Part shown: positions 18,181-31,100 of the stretch, one piece after another | Layout: every line of letters starts with the position of its first letter | Position numbering within the stretch: position 1 is the stretch's first letter | Virus record (IMG/VR): IMGVR_UViG_3300021963_000106 | Coordinates: 4,968-68,967 of that record | DNA from: a virus | Direction: 5' to 3' (one strand) | Length of the DNA: 64,000 bases | Position numbers and translations under genes: made by a program | Notes under the pieces: generated by a model | Told to the model about the DNA's origin: nothing | Seen by the model: only the letters and a program-made list of their open reading frames with translations | Databases searched by the model: none

Positions 18181-21100
18181 TCAAATTTTTATATTTAACA
18201 ACCTATTTAGTGCATTGTCAATAGGTTGAATATTTTTCTTCAATTTAATATCACTCTTTTTTCCGCCACCGCCTGATGGTGGTGATGATCTTGGTGCTGG
18301 AGCTGGTGCTGGTCTTGGTGCAGGTGCAGGAGCAGGTGCAGGAGCACGGATTCCAAGCATTTGTGCAGCAACTGGACCAACAGTAGCACCAGTTCTTTGT
18401 GCCCATGCTACAATTTCTGATTTAGGATAACCTTGAGCAATAGCTCTTTGAACTCCACCCTCACCAATTGCTGGTGAAGACAATACTGTATTGCCAAATG
18501 GACTGTAGTTACCTGCGTTTTGATTAACCGTTCCATATCCACCGGTAGCAACAATATAACCGGTAGCAACTCCATTATATGGTTGTCTTCCTCCACCACC
18601 ATCACCACTTCCATAGTAATCATAAGCTTGAGGAATTGGGATAGAACCAATTAAAGTGCTCTTAACGATAACTTCTGGTCCAGTTTCACTTGCAGTTTGA
18701 GATTCTACTGGAGTTTGAGTTTCAACCCTTGCATTACGAACAACAATAATATTTTCTTGTACGGTGTTAACTCTACCCTCCGCAAAATATTTTTCTTCTG
18801 CAGTTGTAAAAGAAACTCCCATAATCTGCGAGTTAACATCACTGTTTGTAAGTCTTAATAATTTAGTTCCACATTGGAATTTTGGATTCAAGTCTATATT
18901 TGGATTTGGAATATAGAGAGATCCAATAAGAGTACCTACATTATCTGTAACAAGTCTCTTTGCAGTTACAATTGCTTCAGCACCACTTGTTTGACCTTTC
19001 AGTCTCATATTTTCTGACAAATATCCGTAAAAAGATCCTTGAGGTTGATTGGATAGACTATATGTGTCAATATTTAAAATTGTAGAAGTTGATGAATAAA
19101 GACTAGGAATAGTTTGATTTATACCATATGGATTTAGAGTGAAAATATCAGTTGGATTGTTGTAGGGACCATACTTATGATTTTGGTTGGCAACTCTAAA
19201 TTTGATATATGGTGAATTTGGAGATGAAACATTAAATGTTCCTATAACAGTTTCTCCAACTTCAAATATACCATTAACCATACTTATCTCAATTAATTTT
19301 GGTATAACATATGGATTCACATTAACACCATCAAAAAATGCATACATTCTTGTAGATGGTTTTAATCTCTTTGCAGTAAATTCAATATTTCTTGATCTTA
19401 CAAAAGGTATTAACTGACTATTTAAAACTTGATCACCAAAGGAAGTATTATCAAATTGTTCTTTTAATACTTGTCTTGTTCCTTTTCTAGATGAAGTACC
19501 TGTTTTTGTAGTTACTTTTATTTCGTCAGCGTATATGTCATAACCACGAACAACTTCTCTAGTTGAGTTTGCTACACTTTCTCCAGTCCATACAGTTTCC
19601 CAAGAACCCCAAGTAACTGGACCAAATCCAGTTTGAGCATCAAATCCTTGTGCTGTTAATTGAATTTTTGTTTGAGCATAATTACCTTCTGCATTGACTG
19701 TTTTTGGTTGTAAACGAACTTGATCGACCCAAACATCAGAAGATGGGAATATTTCAATTGTTCCTCCAAAGAAGTCTGCAGCATATGGATTTACATTTAC
19801 AACTCTTGTTGAGTATGGTTGATTAATTTCAACAACTTCTTCATAATTTAGTGTTACTAATTGTCCAGTCTTCTTAACACCAGATCCGATGATATCATCA
19901 GAAAATCTAGAGTCTGCAGATGGATCTGCTGAAGTACCTATACCTATTACAGAATTAGTTCCTAAAATAAGATCTAATTGAGTTGTATAGTGTGTTGGTC
20001 TTAGTTCAGAATCTTTAATGTTTATTGAGTTTTTGACTATTGTAACTTTTTTCTGAGACTCTGTAGTTGAAAAATCATCTACAAAGAAACCGGATTTAAA
20101 TCTGTTTAAACCATTAGCATCCGTGATTAGAAGACTTGAAGTATCAACTTCAAGTAAGGTTAATGCTGTATAAAATTCTAGATTTTTAATTCTTGTTTCT
20201 AAACTTTGGATATCGATCATTCGATATCTCTTATGTTCAGAAATATTAATGTCAATACCTTCCATATCACAAAGATATGGAGGTAAGTAAACTGTAGAAA
20301 TTTCTAAGGAATCTTGAATAGGTTGAGGTGGTTGTGGAGTTTCTGATGATGTTCCTGATGCTATTTGGAAAATACCATCTTTTGATAGGTATATTTTATC
20401 AATTCTTGGTAAATAGAATGAATAATTTATAACAGATGATTCATCAGAGGCTAAAATATTTGGTGCGGAGTTATTAAAATTGTTAAAATCTCTACCTAAA
20501 AATTCAAATGGAGATCTAGATCCCTCAGATATTGAAAAGTTGGAAACCTTAGGTCTTATATCAATCAAGTCTGAATTTTTAATTCCATTAATATTTGGAA
20601 TATCACAATAGTCAAACTGCTCATAAGAATTTACAGTTGTGATATCTCCATTGTCTGAAGATAAAAATTCTGCGTATTCAAAAACGATTTTCAGTTTTGA
20701 AGTTGGTTCTTTTGTATTTTTATTTCTTGTTAATTTTGAGTAATCATATATTGTATTTTTTTGTCCATTTATAAAGGTGAAGTTTGATGTGATATTATTA
20801 TCACCATTATTAACTGACGTAACTATTGCTTTAATACCAGACTCTTTAAATGTAACTTCTTCTCCTTCAATAAAGGTGGAAGAATTTAAATATATAAAAC
20901 CAACTTGCAAATCATTGATTTTTTCAGAATATATTGCAACTGTTTGACTCAAATTTCCTACTAACTCTTCACCAAGAATCAAGTCACCAGTTTTTGATGT
21001 TGGTCCGGTGAAAGAAGTTAATTGTAAACTAGGTAGATTTGGAGAATTAGTATCATCAGATTCAAAAACTCCATATATTTTTGTTACATCTGGATATAGT

Positions 21101-23580
21101 AGACAGATATCTTCGTCTTGAACTCTGGTTCCATATGGATAGTTTCCATAAACCAATCCATCATTAATTGTTGTAGTTCCTGTTCCTGAGAATTCATATT
21201 TTGACTTATCAACAACAATCGTCTTTACTTTGTTCTTGAATTTTATTTTTGATTTGACTTTTATTTTTCGGAGAGTAGCAATTAATTTTGCTTCTCCCGA
21301 AGATGATAGACCTTTTATTGTTAAACTTCTTGATCCATTGGTAAAGACAAATTTGTCTGGAGTTAATTCTTCTACAACACCATTTTTGTTTACCAGAACA
21401 TATCTTTCTTCATCAAATGGTAAGAAAGTTTCTGTTTCTAAAGCAGTTATTGTATTTGTAGAATTTCCTGAGATTGAAACATCAAATTGTTTTCTAATAG
21501 TTAATTCTGAATTTGTCAGATCAACATCTGATACATTCTGTTTAGGTAATACAGTGTATAAAGTATTATCTACTGAAGATTGTAATTTTGAATTTAAAAT
21601 AGTAAAATCTGATGGATTAATAGTTACGGTGGGCAATCCACCATCACAAACTCCAGCTACTGTTGTGACTCCACTAATAGTAAGAGTGTTCTGACCTAAT
21701 CCAGTAATTTTGGCGTAAGTGGGTAAAGAAAGTCCTGGATTACTAAATGATACTAAGTTACCTAAACTTGCAATTCCAACTAATACTGAATTTGTTGAAG
21801 TAACAGTACTGACACCACCACTTGCAGCTGATATATTTGCTAAACCAATTTGATATCCGGAATATTGTTTTAAATCTGCGGTAAAAGTATATGCTGTTCC
21901 AACTACACCATACAAAGATTTAACATCATTTTCTGAGAACGATGTTAACGCAGTAGAAACCCTAGTATTTTCTATTCCATCAAAAATAAGTCTTTCTCCT
22001 ATTAGGAAAGATCCTTGAGTATTATAAGCAGTAAGTATTCCAGAATTAGTTGTAGAATATCTTAGGTATGCAGTTGCTCCACTAGACTTTCCTTTAATAT
22101 GAGTAGGAACTGTTAAAGATATTGGTTCATTTACAGAAATTTCTGTATAAGTTTGTAAATCAAATAAAGTTATATCCCATTCATTGGAATATGGTAGTGC
22201 AGAACTGTATGATCCAGATTCTAAAGCAAAGTCATAAACTCTAGCCAATCCAATTTCTTTTCCTGGAGCTGCAGTTGAAGCAAGACCAACTCTACTATCT
22301 CTTAAGGAAACTGTATAATTTGTTGTCAGTCCAATAATAGGAGATCCATGAACTCTATTTAATGTGAAAGTTGGACCTGTTACATAATTAAAACTTTGAT
22401 TCTCTAAAAGTTTAGTATCCCTTGGTTTTTTGAAGTCAAGGTAAGTTGGGGATATAGTTTCTACCTCATAACCTCTTATATAAGCCTTGATTGGAGATAC
22501 TACATAAGTTCCTAATTCATCAGAAGGTGCATTATTGTTATATGTTAAAGAATTTTCTTGGAATATACCACCATTTCCTTTTAAATCATTTAAGGTTTCT
22601 GCAACTTTGATAGTTGGTTTTTTTACATAATAATCTCCAGATTCATCAAAGGTTCTTCTTGCAAATTCTTGAGATAGAATATTATATTGTGGAGAATTTC
22701 TTGATGTAATTTCAACACCATTTCTAATTTCCTTTAGTTGAATAAAATCACCAGTGTCTGTAGAGTCTATTGGTAATGATGTTAAAGATAGAGTTATCCT
22801 TAAACGATCAGCTCCAGGAGCAGCATAATTTGAAAATCCTTGAGCATTATCATTTAAGGTTTCATCTTCATAAGAATTGACAATTCCTTCAACTACTTTA
22901 AATCCTATTTTAACGCTAGGAATATTAGAGTATTGTGAAATTACAAGAAAATCGTCGTATACGTTTACAAAATTTCCTCTTACAAAATATACACCTTTTG
23001 TTAAGTATACTGCTGATCCTACGGCGGAACTATTGTTACTTATTGTTTTTGCAAGTAAATCTCCACCTCTTAAAAGAATAGTTGGAGAACTACCATCTTC
23101 TTCTTGCTGAAAAATATCTTCTTCTACAATTAAGTTTTCTGAATTTGAAAAAACTTTTTGTGAATTTGTTACCGAATCTGAATTTAAATATGTAACATAT
23201 ATTGTTGTATTCCCAGTTTCAGTTACTGTTGAACTTAGATAAGAATCTATTCTAGCTCTAATACCTGTCGATTGTCCTCTTACAACCTTCCCAATACAAT
23301 AAGGTAAATATGATTCAATATTAATACTTAATATATTATTTTCAAGAATTACTGCATTTAAATCGTTTCTATATGTTAGTGCGCCTGGTATTACAACTGA
23401 CCCTTCGGTAAAAGTATGAGTTCCAAATTGTTCGATTTGGTTTTGTAGTATGCTTTGGAGAGTTGTTAGTTCTCTAGCTTGAACTGGATATCCTGGTTTA
23501 AATAAAACTTTATGATATGACGAGTTAGAATCATAATCATCAAAATATGGAGAAACATTAAGGTTTGTTTTCTGTGGCAT
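18181..23580 (-). CDS. Large virion structural protein, N-terminal part of DUF4815/VrlC-like protein, ending in a Pro-rich linker and S74 N-terminal stub
   Basis: PYFDDY..VLFKPGYPVQARELTTLQSILQNQ, APGADRL, NRFKSGFFVDDF; C-terminus (AP)n...SDIKLKKNIQPIDNAL. Confidence 0.9.
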   Translation of the reverse strand: MPQKTNLNVSPYFDDYDSNSSYHKVLFKPGYPVQARELTTLQSILQNQIEQFGTHTFTEGSVVIPGALTYRNDLNAVILENNILSINIESYLPYCIGKVVRGQSTGIRARIDSYLSSTVTETGNTTIYVTYLNSDSVTNSQKVFSNSENLIVEEDIFQQEEDGSSPTILLRGGDLLAKTISNNSSAVGSAVYLTKGVYFVRGNFVNVYDDFLVISQYSNIPSVKIGFKVVEGIVNSYEDETLNDNAQGFSNYAAPGADRLRITLSLTSLPIDSTDTGDFIQLKEIRNGVEITSRNSPQYNILSQEFARRTFDESGDYYVKKPTIKVAETLNDLKGNGGIFQENSLTYNNNAPSDELGTYVVSPIKAYIRGYEVETISPTYLDFKKPRDTKLLENQSFNYVTGPTFTLNRVHGSPIIGLTTNYTVSLRDSRVGLASTAAPGKEIGLARVYDFALESGSYSSALPYSNEWDITLFDLQTYTEISVNEPISLTVPTHIKGKSSGATAYLRYSTTNSGILTAYNTQGSFLIGERLIFDGIENTRVSTALTSFSENDVKSLYGVVGTAYTFTADLKQYSGYQIGLANISAASGGVSTVTSTNSVLVGIASLGNLVSFSNPGLSLPTYAKITGLGQNTLTISGVTTVAGVCDGGLPTVTINPSDFTILNSKLQSSVDNTLYTVLPKQNVSDVDLTNSELTIRKQFDVSISGNSTNTITALETETFLPFDEERYVLVNKNGVVEELTPDKFVFTNGSRSLTIKGLSSSGEAKLIATLRKIKVKSKIKFKNKVKTIVVDKSKYEFSGTGTTTINDGLVYGNYPYGTRVQDEDICLLYPDVTKIYGVFESDDTNSPNLPSLQLTSFTGPTSKTGDLILGEELVGNLSQTVAIYSEKINDLQVGFIYLNSSTFIEGEEVTFKESGIKAIVTSVNNGDNNITSNFTFINGQKNTIYDYSKLTRNKNTKEPTSKLKIVFEYAEFLSSDNGDITTVNSYEQFDYCDIPNINGIKNSDLIDIRPKVSNFSISEGSRSPFEFLGRDFNNFNNSAPNILASDESSVINYSFYLPRIDKIYLSKDGIFQIASGTSSETPQPPQPIQDSLEISTVYLPPYLCDMEGIDINISEHKRYRMIDIQSLETRIKNLEFYTALTLLEVDTSSLLITDANGLNRFKSGFFVDDFSTTESQKKVTIVKNSINIKDSELRPTHYTTQLDLILGTNSVIGIGTSADPSADSRFSDDIIGSGVKKTGQLVTLNYEEVVEINQPYSTRVVNVNPYAADFFGGTIEIFPSSDVWVDQVRLQPKTVNAEGNYAQTKIQLTAQGFDAQTGFGPVTWGSWETVWTGESVANSTREVVRGYDIYADEIKVTTKTGTSSRKGTRQVLKEQFDNTSFGDQVLNSQLIPFVRSRNIEFTAKRLKPSTRMYAFFDGVNVNPYVIPKLIEISMVNGIFEVGETVIGTFNVSSPNSPYIKFRVANQNHKYGPYNNPTDIFTLNPYGINQTIPSLYSSTSTILNIDTYSLSNQPQGSFYGYLSENMRLKGQTSGAEAIVTAKRLVTDNVGTLIGSLYIPNPNIDLNPKFQCGTKLLRLTNSDVNSQIMGVSFTTAEEKYFAEGRVNTVQENIIVVRNARVETQTPVESQTASETGPEVIVKSTLIGSIPIPQAYDYYGSGDGGGGRQPYNGVATGYIVATGGYGTVNQNAGNYSPFGNTVLSSPAIGEGGVQRAIAQGYPKSEIVAWAQRTGATVGPVAAQMLGIRAPAPAPAPAPRPAPAPAPRSSPPSGGGGKKSDIKLKKNIQPIDNALNRLLNIKI

Positions 23581-23586
23581 GATTCT

Positions 23587-25140
23587 TTAGAATTGCAAAA
23601 TAACTTTGATATCTTCTTTTTGATTTATAGACCTTGTGATTGATGGTCTGTTGTCAACGTAAATTATATTTCCAGAATACTTTTTAACTTCAGGATTTGA
23701 AACTCCATTAGTAAAAGTTTGACCAAGATAGTATGTTCTACTATTTATTGATGTAGATACACCACTAAAATTAGTGTCTATTCCTAATGTTACACTTCCT
23801 CCTATGATATTAAATGAACCACCATTACCAATATTTGAAGTAAATCTGTTTAGATTAAATCCATATGTGGGGGAGGTATTTTGAGTTCCGTTTGTATTAA
23901 AACCAACCAAACTTCTGTCTTGCCAATATTTCAAGACTCCTGTGTTTTGGTCATAAGAAACAACCCTACCCACAGCAGTAGATCCTACTCCTATAGTTTG
24001 GGTTATTCTTGAATCTGAAGTAAAAGTTGCACTACTATAACCAACACCAGTTAGTTTTAATGCATAAACTGCACTTGCTTTTTCTTGAGTTAAAAGAGTT
24101 GATGTATTAAAGGATTCTGGATTTTCTATAATTCCAACTCTTGCAATTTGATTTCCAGTAATAAAATCGGGATTTTCTATATCATTTTCAATCCTAGAAT
24201 ATACCAAAACATTATAAGCACCTAGTTCACGATAAATGTCTGCCCCATGTCCTCCTTGAGGTGGAACTATTACATTAAAAACTGGAGAAGTTGAACCAGT
24301 TGGAACACCTCCAGCAACTAAATCTACTGTTCCATAAGTGTAACCAGATCCACCTCTGGAAATTGTAATATTACTAACCTTAGATTCATTATTAATTGAA
24401 ATAGTTGCTTCAGCTCCAGAACCATCTCCTCTAATAGGAACTCTTGTATAAGTTCTATTTGCAGTCCCTAAACCAACACCTCTACTTGCAATAGTAACAA
24501 CTTTTAGTTGACCACTTGTTGCAGCATTGTTTCTAACCGATGAATTTTCTGAACTAGATTCCCAATCCCTAGGAACTGGCATATAGTTTGTAGAATCAAA
24601 CTTGACAATATCACTTGGTTTTATGGTGTAAAGATATTTCCAAATATAACCATCACCACTACTTCCAGCAGATCTTGGTTCAAGATCTGTAAAGGTTGGT
24701 TGATCTAATGATGGTTTTCCATTTGGATTTTCTGGGTCAATTCCATTATGCAGACAAATATAAACCTTATAATCTTCGTTTACGACATAATAATTTGCAG
24801 AATATAGACTAGTTGCTCCAGATGGTTTAGAGGTATTTGTTCTACTTATATCATGACGATACATATCATAAGTTGTTCCTGATGACCAAGTAATTTTTCT
24901 AATTACTTGTCTTACATCACCACTTAATATTTTTTTTACTGCTATTATATTATCCCAATAATTATTCTCTTCGTCGAAGTTATCTTTAGGAGCAGGAGGT
25001 AAAGAATCCCAATTAGACTGATAATCCGAAGCATTTGGAAGGCCAACAAAAGCATAAAAAGAATTTGTGTCTGTTGTGGCAGCAGACACAAAACTTTTTG
25101 CATTCAATATTCTTAATTGATCAGTTATAATTGCTGACAT
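23587..25140 (-). CDS. gp8: Baseplate wedge subunit
   Basis: WSSGTTYDMYRHD, VYICL, DGYIWKYLYTI, YVDNRPSITRS..QKEDIKVILQF. Confidence 0.93.
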   Translation of the reverse strand: MSAIITDQLRILNAKSFVSAATTDTNSFYAFVGLPNASDYQSNWDSLPPAPKDNFDEENNYWDNIIAVKKILSGDVRQVIRKITWSSGTTYDMYRHDISRTNTSKPSGATSLYSANYYVVNEDYKVYICLHNGIDPENPNGKPSLDQPTFTDLEPRSAGSSGDGYIWKYLYTIKPSDIVKFDSTNYMPVPRDWESSSENSSVRNNAATSGQLKVVTIASRGVGLGTANRTYTRVPIRGDGSGAEATISINNESKVSNITISRGGSGYTYGTVDLVAGGVPTGSTSPVFNVIVPPQGGHGADIYRELGAYNVLVYSRIENDIENPDFITGNQIARVGIIENPESFNTSTLLTQEKASAVYALKLTGVGYSSATFTSDSRITQTIGVGSTAVGRVVSYDQNTGVLKYWQDRSLVGFNTNGTQNTSPTYGFNLNRFTSNIGNGGSFNIIGGSVTLGIDTNFSGVSTSINSRTYYLGQTFTNGVSNPEVKKYSGNIIYVDNRPSITRSINQKEDIKVILQF

Positions 25141-25164
25141 TTTATACGGTTTTTTATTTATTTA

Positions 25165-28100
25165 TTAGTTATAATTTAAGTATCTCAATGGATTTACTCT
25201 TTCGATAAGTGGGGAAGTTGAAATTCCCAATAGAGCATTGTTATAGACATTAAATGATTTTGCACCAATTCTATTTGAAGCTTCTATTCTTCCCCAACTA
25301 TATTCGCCGTAGAAATTGCTATAACCTATTCCAGAAAGACCATTATAACCTTTTACACTCACTGTAACTTTTGCAACTGCTGTTATACCCACACCAGGAA
25401 CAGCAGTTTGTGCAATAGAAACAGAAGCAACTTCGTAAACATTATCTATGAATGAGGTCCCAAATCCAATAACAGAACCATTCTGATATAGAGAAGTAAG
25501 TCCATTACCAACATTAGATCTATTAACAACAAAGTAATAACCTGTTTGAATTCCACTTACAGTAATAGCAGATCCAACTATGGAAGAATCTCTTAGATAA
25601 GAATTTGTAGGTATGAAAAGATCAAACACAATTCCAGTTGAAGCCACACCAACAGAAACAGTATTAATTCCAGAAATTATTCCAAAATCTCCAGTGTATG
25701 AAACATTTTCAATATCTTCATAATAACCAGAAGCACCTGGTTGTTCAATTAAAACTGAAGGAGGATTTGTATTTGTATATCCGCTGCCTGGATTTGTTAA
25801 TGTAATCGAAGTTACGATACCAGATGATATAGAAGCAGAAGCAATTGCATTATTTCTATATTGATTTAGAGAGAATGATGAAGTATAGAATCTATAGGAG
25901 TTTTCAGATGCAGATCTAAATTGACTTATATACTGAGTTTGTCTTCCGTCAGTTATTCCTCCAATAACGTTAGAAGATATTTGAACAAGGTTAATTTCAA
26001 TATAATTTTGTCCACTAGTGAATATGATTTCATATTTAAATGGAGTTGATGATGGGGAAGAAGAATAATTATATCCCTCAACTCTTATTCTGTAATTTGA
26101 ACCATATGATAATGTATAGATGTTAGTAACTCTTCTATCTCCTGGATTAATATGAATTCCTGGTAGTGATGGAGAGTTTGGTAAAATTCCACTATATTGT
26201 GCAGATCCTCCACCAAAAGTTATATATCCATTAGATCCCAAATACACGTTAGAATAACGAGATCCTAAAAAGTCAATTTCAAATGGAAGAGTAATATTCC
26301 AAGAAGTATCATCAACATCTCCACTAAAATATGTCGTCATTCCCACAGTTCCATTATTTGAATATGATATAGATTCAATAGATCCTGTAGCGGGAATAAA
26401 GGTATTTGTGGGATTGGAAATTGATACGCTAGGAGATGTTGTGTATCCAACTCCACCTTCAGAAATCACAATGGAAGAAATTGTACCTGCAGAGGAAACA
26501 ACAGCAGTCGCTGAAGCACCAACAATAAGATCTTGAGAGATTATTCTTATTTTTGATCTAAATTGGTTAGTGGTATTTTCTTTATTGTTATCAAAGAAAG
26601 TTTTGACATTTTCTACAAAAAATACTGTAGAACCAACACCAACACTTTGAATTAGATTTGTCACTGGTTGAACTAAAGGTTCATATTGAACTCTATCCTT
26701 TGCAACAAATTTTCCTTCAATAAATTTGTCCTCTGTTTGTCTACACCATATGAGAGGTCTAGGATATGTTTCGTTTAAAGAAATTCCTGGACCAAGATAT
26801 GGATTTGTAAACACACTGTCAGTTGAGTTTACATTTGTTACAATTCTGGAATTTTCTTTAAAGGAAATATTATCATCATTTAGTCTAATAGTATCTCCTG
26901 GTTTAACAGTTTCTAAAATATCAACGTTTAGGGTATCTACATCACCAGTTCCTCTGTAGAAGATGATGTTTGATTTATCTCCTGATTTTGGAGCAGATAA
27001 GAACGTAATATAACTTCCACCAGCAAATGTGTAACTGTCTCCAGGTACTTGTAGAATATCATTTATAAAGACTAATAGAGTATCTTCAACACTGATATTA
27101 GATCCAAATTTAGTTCTTATTGATGTTTGCTGACCATTAATTTTTATTGGGAATGATCTGGTGACACCATCAAATAGTTCATCTAAACTATCAATTACTT
27201 GCAAATCTCCAATTGACCAAGCAGAAAACTCATCATTTTGAACTTTATCAACAAAAATTTGGAATTCATTAAATGGAATAGAAGTATTTGTTGGTATGCC
27301 TACAGTGCCACCAATTGAAACTGTAAGAATTTCTCCCTGACCATAACCATAACCAAGATTTTTGATTTCAAAATCAATTACACTTGATCCTTGACCAACT
27401 ACAATATCAACTGTTGCATTTGATCCAGATCCCTGAACCGAAGATGAACTATAAACTACTGGTAGATTAGTGTATGATAATGGATAATCAAAGTATACTA
27501 GTGGTGGATTTGTTGTTGTATATCCTGTTCCAGGATTTGTTATTGATACTCCAGTCACATGACCATTAACAACAGTTGCCACCCCAACATAATGAACATC
27601 AACTATTCCTAAACCTCCAGTATAAACACCAACATTTACTGTTTGTATTCCAGATCTATAACCAGATCCACTGTTTCCTATGCTAATTGAAGAAATAGTT
27701 CCAAGTCCAGAAACTACAGCAGTACCGCCAGCAGATACTAAAGGTTGATAACCAAATCCTGCCGATGAACCTACGGAAACAATAATACCACCAGTTGGAA
27801 CATTTGAGGTGTTAATATCACTTGAAGTTGATGTTATTGAACCAGTGAACTGAATGCTTGTTATTCCAACACTTTCTCTTAGTGTGTAGTTACCTTCAAT
27901 GTTAATTAATCCGCCGGGTCTTTGTGGTTGTTGGAATATTTGATTGATCAAAACTATGGCATTACTTGTGGATATTCCACCAACATTATTTCCTGATGAA
28001 GTGAGTCTAAATTCTGTGGTTATTCCAGTAAATTTAGATGAAATATCATCATAGACGTAATTCTTAGAATAAGGTTCTATAGAACTATTTTTAATTGAAG

Positions 28101-31100
28101 ACCTTAGGAAAGATCTGCCACTAAAACTAGAACTCGTGGTTATTCCAGAATAGTCTCTTTCACTTGGAGGATTAGTTACTGTTCCTATAGGAATAGCACC
28201 ATACGGAGGTGATGCAAAATTAATGGTGTTTTCTACAATATTATAATTTCCATAAATCTTAGTCACTAAAGATCCTGATGCATGAGTTGATAGTCCTGTT
28301 CCCATCCATTCTCTGTCAACAAGGAAGGAATTGGTGCTTCCAAATCCAACACTTCTTATTTTCATTATTTCATTGTTAACCTTAACCAAATCTCCACCAA
28401 AAATAGATGTAATTCCGGCAAATTTAACAACGTCGTCTATCGATGAAATATTCTGAACTACAGTTGTAGTTACTGAGGTAGAAACAATAGGAGATTGGAT
28501 AACATTATCAATTCCAACAATAACTCTTGAATTCTGATTTTTAGCTAAAAATGTATGAGTTGTGCCTATTCCTACTGATGTAAAATCGTATACAATTGGA
28601 GTTGATTTTAATGCATTTTGTGCAGATGAAGCCAACTTAATTTTTAGATCATCAACTTTGACAATATATACTGTTGATGGTAGTTTATCAGTTGTTCCTA
28701 TACCAACAATTCCAGTGTCAACTGTAGATATGCCAATTGCTTGAGAAGATCCATAACCAGGATTTACATAAGTTACTTCTTCTCCACTCACATAGAAATG
28801 ATTTGGAATAGTTATAGTGTTTTGGTCAACTTCAACAATATTTGAATCACTACCATCAAATACCTTTTTGAATATTGGAGATAAATTATGAGTTAAATCA
28901 AAGGACCTCTTAATATCATTAAAAGTTCCTCTATAATTACCACTTCCACTGTTAATAGTTGCATTATTTAAATCTATTAAAGTTAAGGTATTTGTATCAT
29001 CAACAGTTCTGAGTGAATTTTGGAATACTCTGACTTGTGTATTAATATTTGGTATTGGAGTAAAGTATAATTCAGTTGTTCCATTAGTAACTCCAGCACC
29101 AATTGTTCCTAGAGTATTACTGGTTAAGATTTCTCCAAATTCTGTTATAGATGCAGTAGATCCATCATCAACAACAATTACTTCAGAAACTTGATATTCA
29201 TTGTTGGTAGTATCCTCAACACAAACAACGTAATATGCACAACTATGTGGATCACTATATGATGAAATAACATTAGAAGTTGGTGATGAAGTTGATCCAA
29301 TTGCAGTGTAGAATGAATTTAATGAGGTTGAATTCATTCTAACTGTGCCAACTCCAGTAGATTGTGTAGAAGCTATAGAAATCCTTACAGAATCAACAGT
29401 TATAGTTGACGCTAAAGAAGTATTTGGAGTGAAATCTAAAATTAAATTAGAACCAGAAAGACTTGCTCCAAAAGTTCCAATTCCATAACCAGTTCCCGTG
29501 TTTAATCTTCCATACTCAAGAAGTTCTACATTAGTTCCATCATGAAGGACAGTAAACTCATTAAATTCGCAATATGAATTATTTGCATTACTTAATTCAA
29601 CTAAAAGTTTAGAAGCTCTATAAGTAGAAGCTATACCAACTATAGTTGTAGTCGATGAAGTTCCAGAAGGTATGGTTAGATTTGAAGTCTTAATTTGAAC
29701 AGTACTTCCAAGATCCAGAGTTCCTATTCCAGAAGCAATATCTTTTATATTGTATGAAGCATGACTAATATCAAAGTTATTGACTGTATAATCTACTGGA
29801 TAGAATTTAATTACTCCTTCTGTACCAGATACTTCATAGTCAAAAGATCCCATATCTGCCACAGTTTCAACTCTTCCATATTGATTGATGTAGGCATTAG
29901 AATTATCTGCAAATAATGTAACTAGTAAGATTTGTCTTTCAGAAGTAAACCTTTTATCTCTTACGTAAGTAATAACCTTTAGTGATCTCGCATCTTCTAA
30001 ATTAAAACTATCAATTACACTAAATGGAGTGCTTCTTGGATTACTATTAAAATCCTTACTTATGTCATCTATTTTTAAAACTCTATTTCCAATAGATTCA
30101 ATATAATCCTGAAGTATTTTTGTTCTAAAAATAACTTCTTTAGAAATAGAAGGTGTCACATTAAGAGTTTTTTCTGTAGCAAGGTCAAAATCATTGACAC
30201 AATTTACATCTATAACAGAAATAATATCTGCAAGACCTGTAAAATCACCTTTATTTTGTTCTGTATTAATACCCGTATTTGCATCATCTTTTGAATCTAT
30301 TATCAGATCGCTGAATTTTTTAAATCCTGCGGTGTGATTTAAGCTACTAACAGTATCATTCCATTTCTCATACTCTACTTTTGACTTAATAGAATATGAG
30401 AAATATTGATAATAGTCATTATCATGCAATCTTTGTAATCCATTATTCAAGAACCCACTTTCGAGATTCCATCCTTTTCTAACTATTGATGATGAAGATA
30501 CGACATAATCACATTCAAAAGTTTCAATTGATGATATTGTTGATTGAGAATCTGATGTACTTCCTATAATAAAATCTCCAACTTCAAAATTTTGAGATGA
30601 TGATATTGTTAAAATATCATTTCTGCTATCCCAATTTTCAACCACACCTGAAGAATTTTGAGATCTTACTGTTTCTCCAAGTAAAAATTCATTCTTTTGT
30701 AAAACGGGATTAAATATTGGGAAATATTTCTCTGGAACAATTATTCCAGCAGAATTGGTTGCATTGAAAATACCTGGATTTTCGTTTGATCTTAAGTAAT
30801 CCTTTAAACTATAAGTTATTGTTCCGTTTGCACCACCAATGTTTGGATCAATAGATGTTATTGTAAATAAAGAATAATTGTAAGCAACAGAATTGTAACC
30901 TCTAGAAGTTGAACCAACACCTACACTAGTATTCTCAACTAAAACTTTATCACCTACTGCAAATGGGTAATCTGAAGAAGAACTATAACTGACAGCTAAA
31001 CCAACCGTAACATCTTTAGTGACATTATCAAAAATAATAGAACTAATACCAACCCCATTTGAATTATTAATAGGAACAATCCTTGGTTTGGAGTTGCTTA

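Noticed and set aside
18176-18195. Programmed -1 frameshift joining the S74 halves
   Set aside because: No canonical slippery heptamer or stimulatory structure; the second ORF has its own ATG and duplicates the junction residues (not fully excluded)
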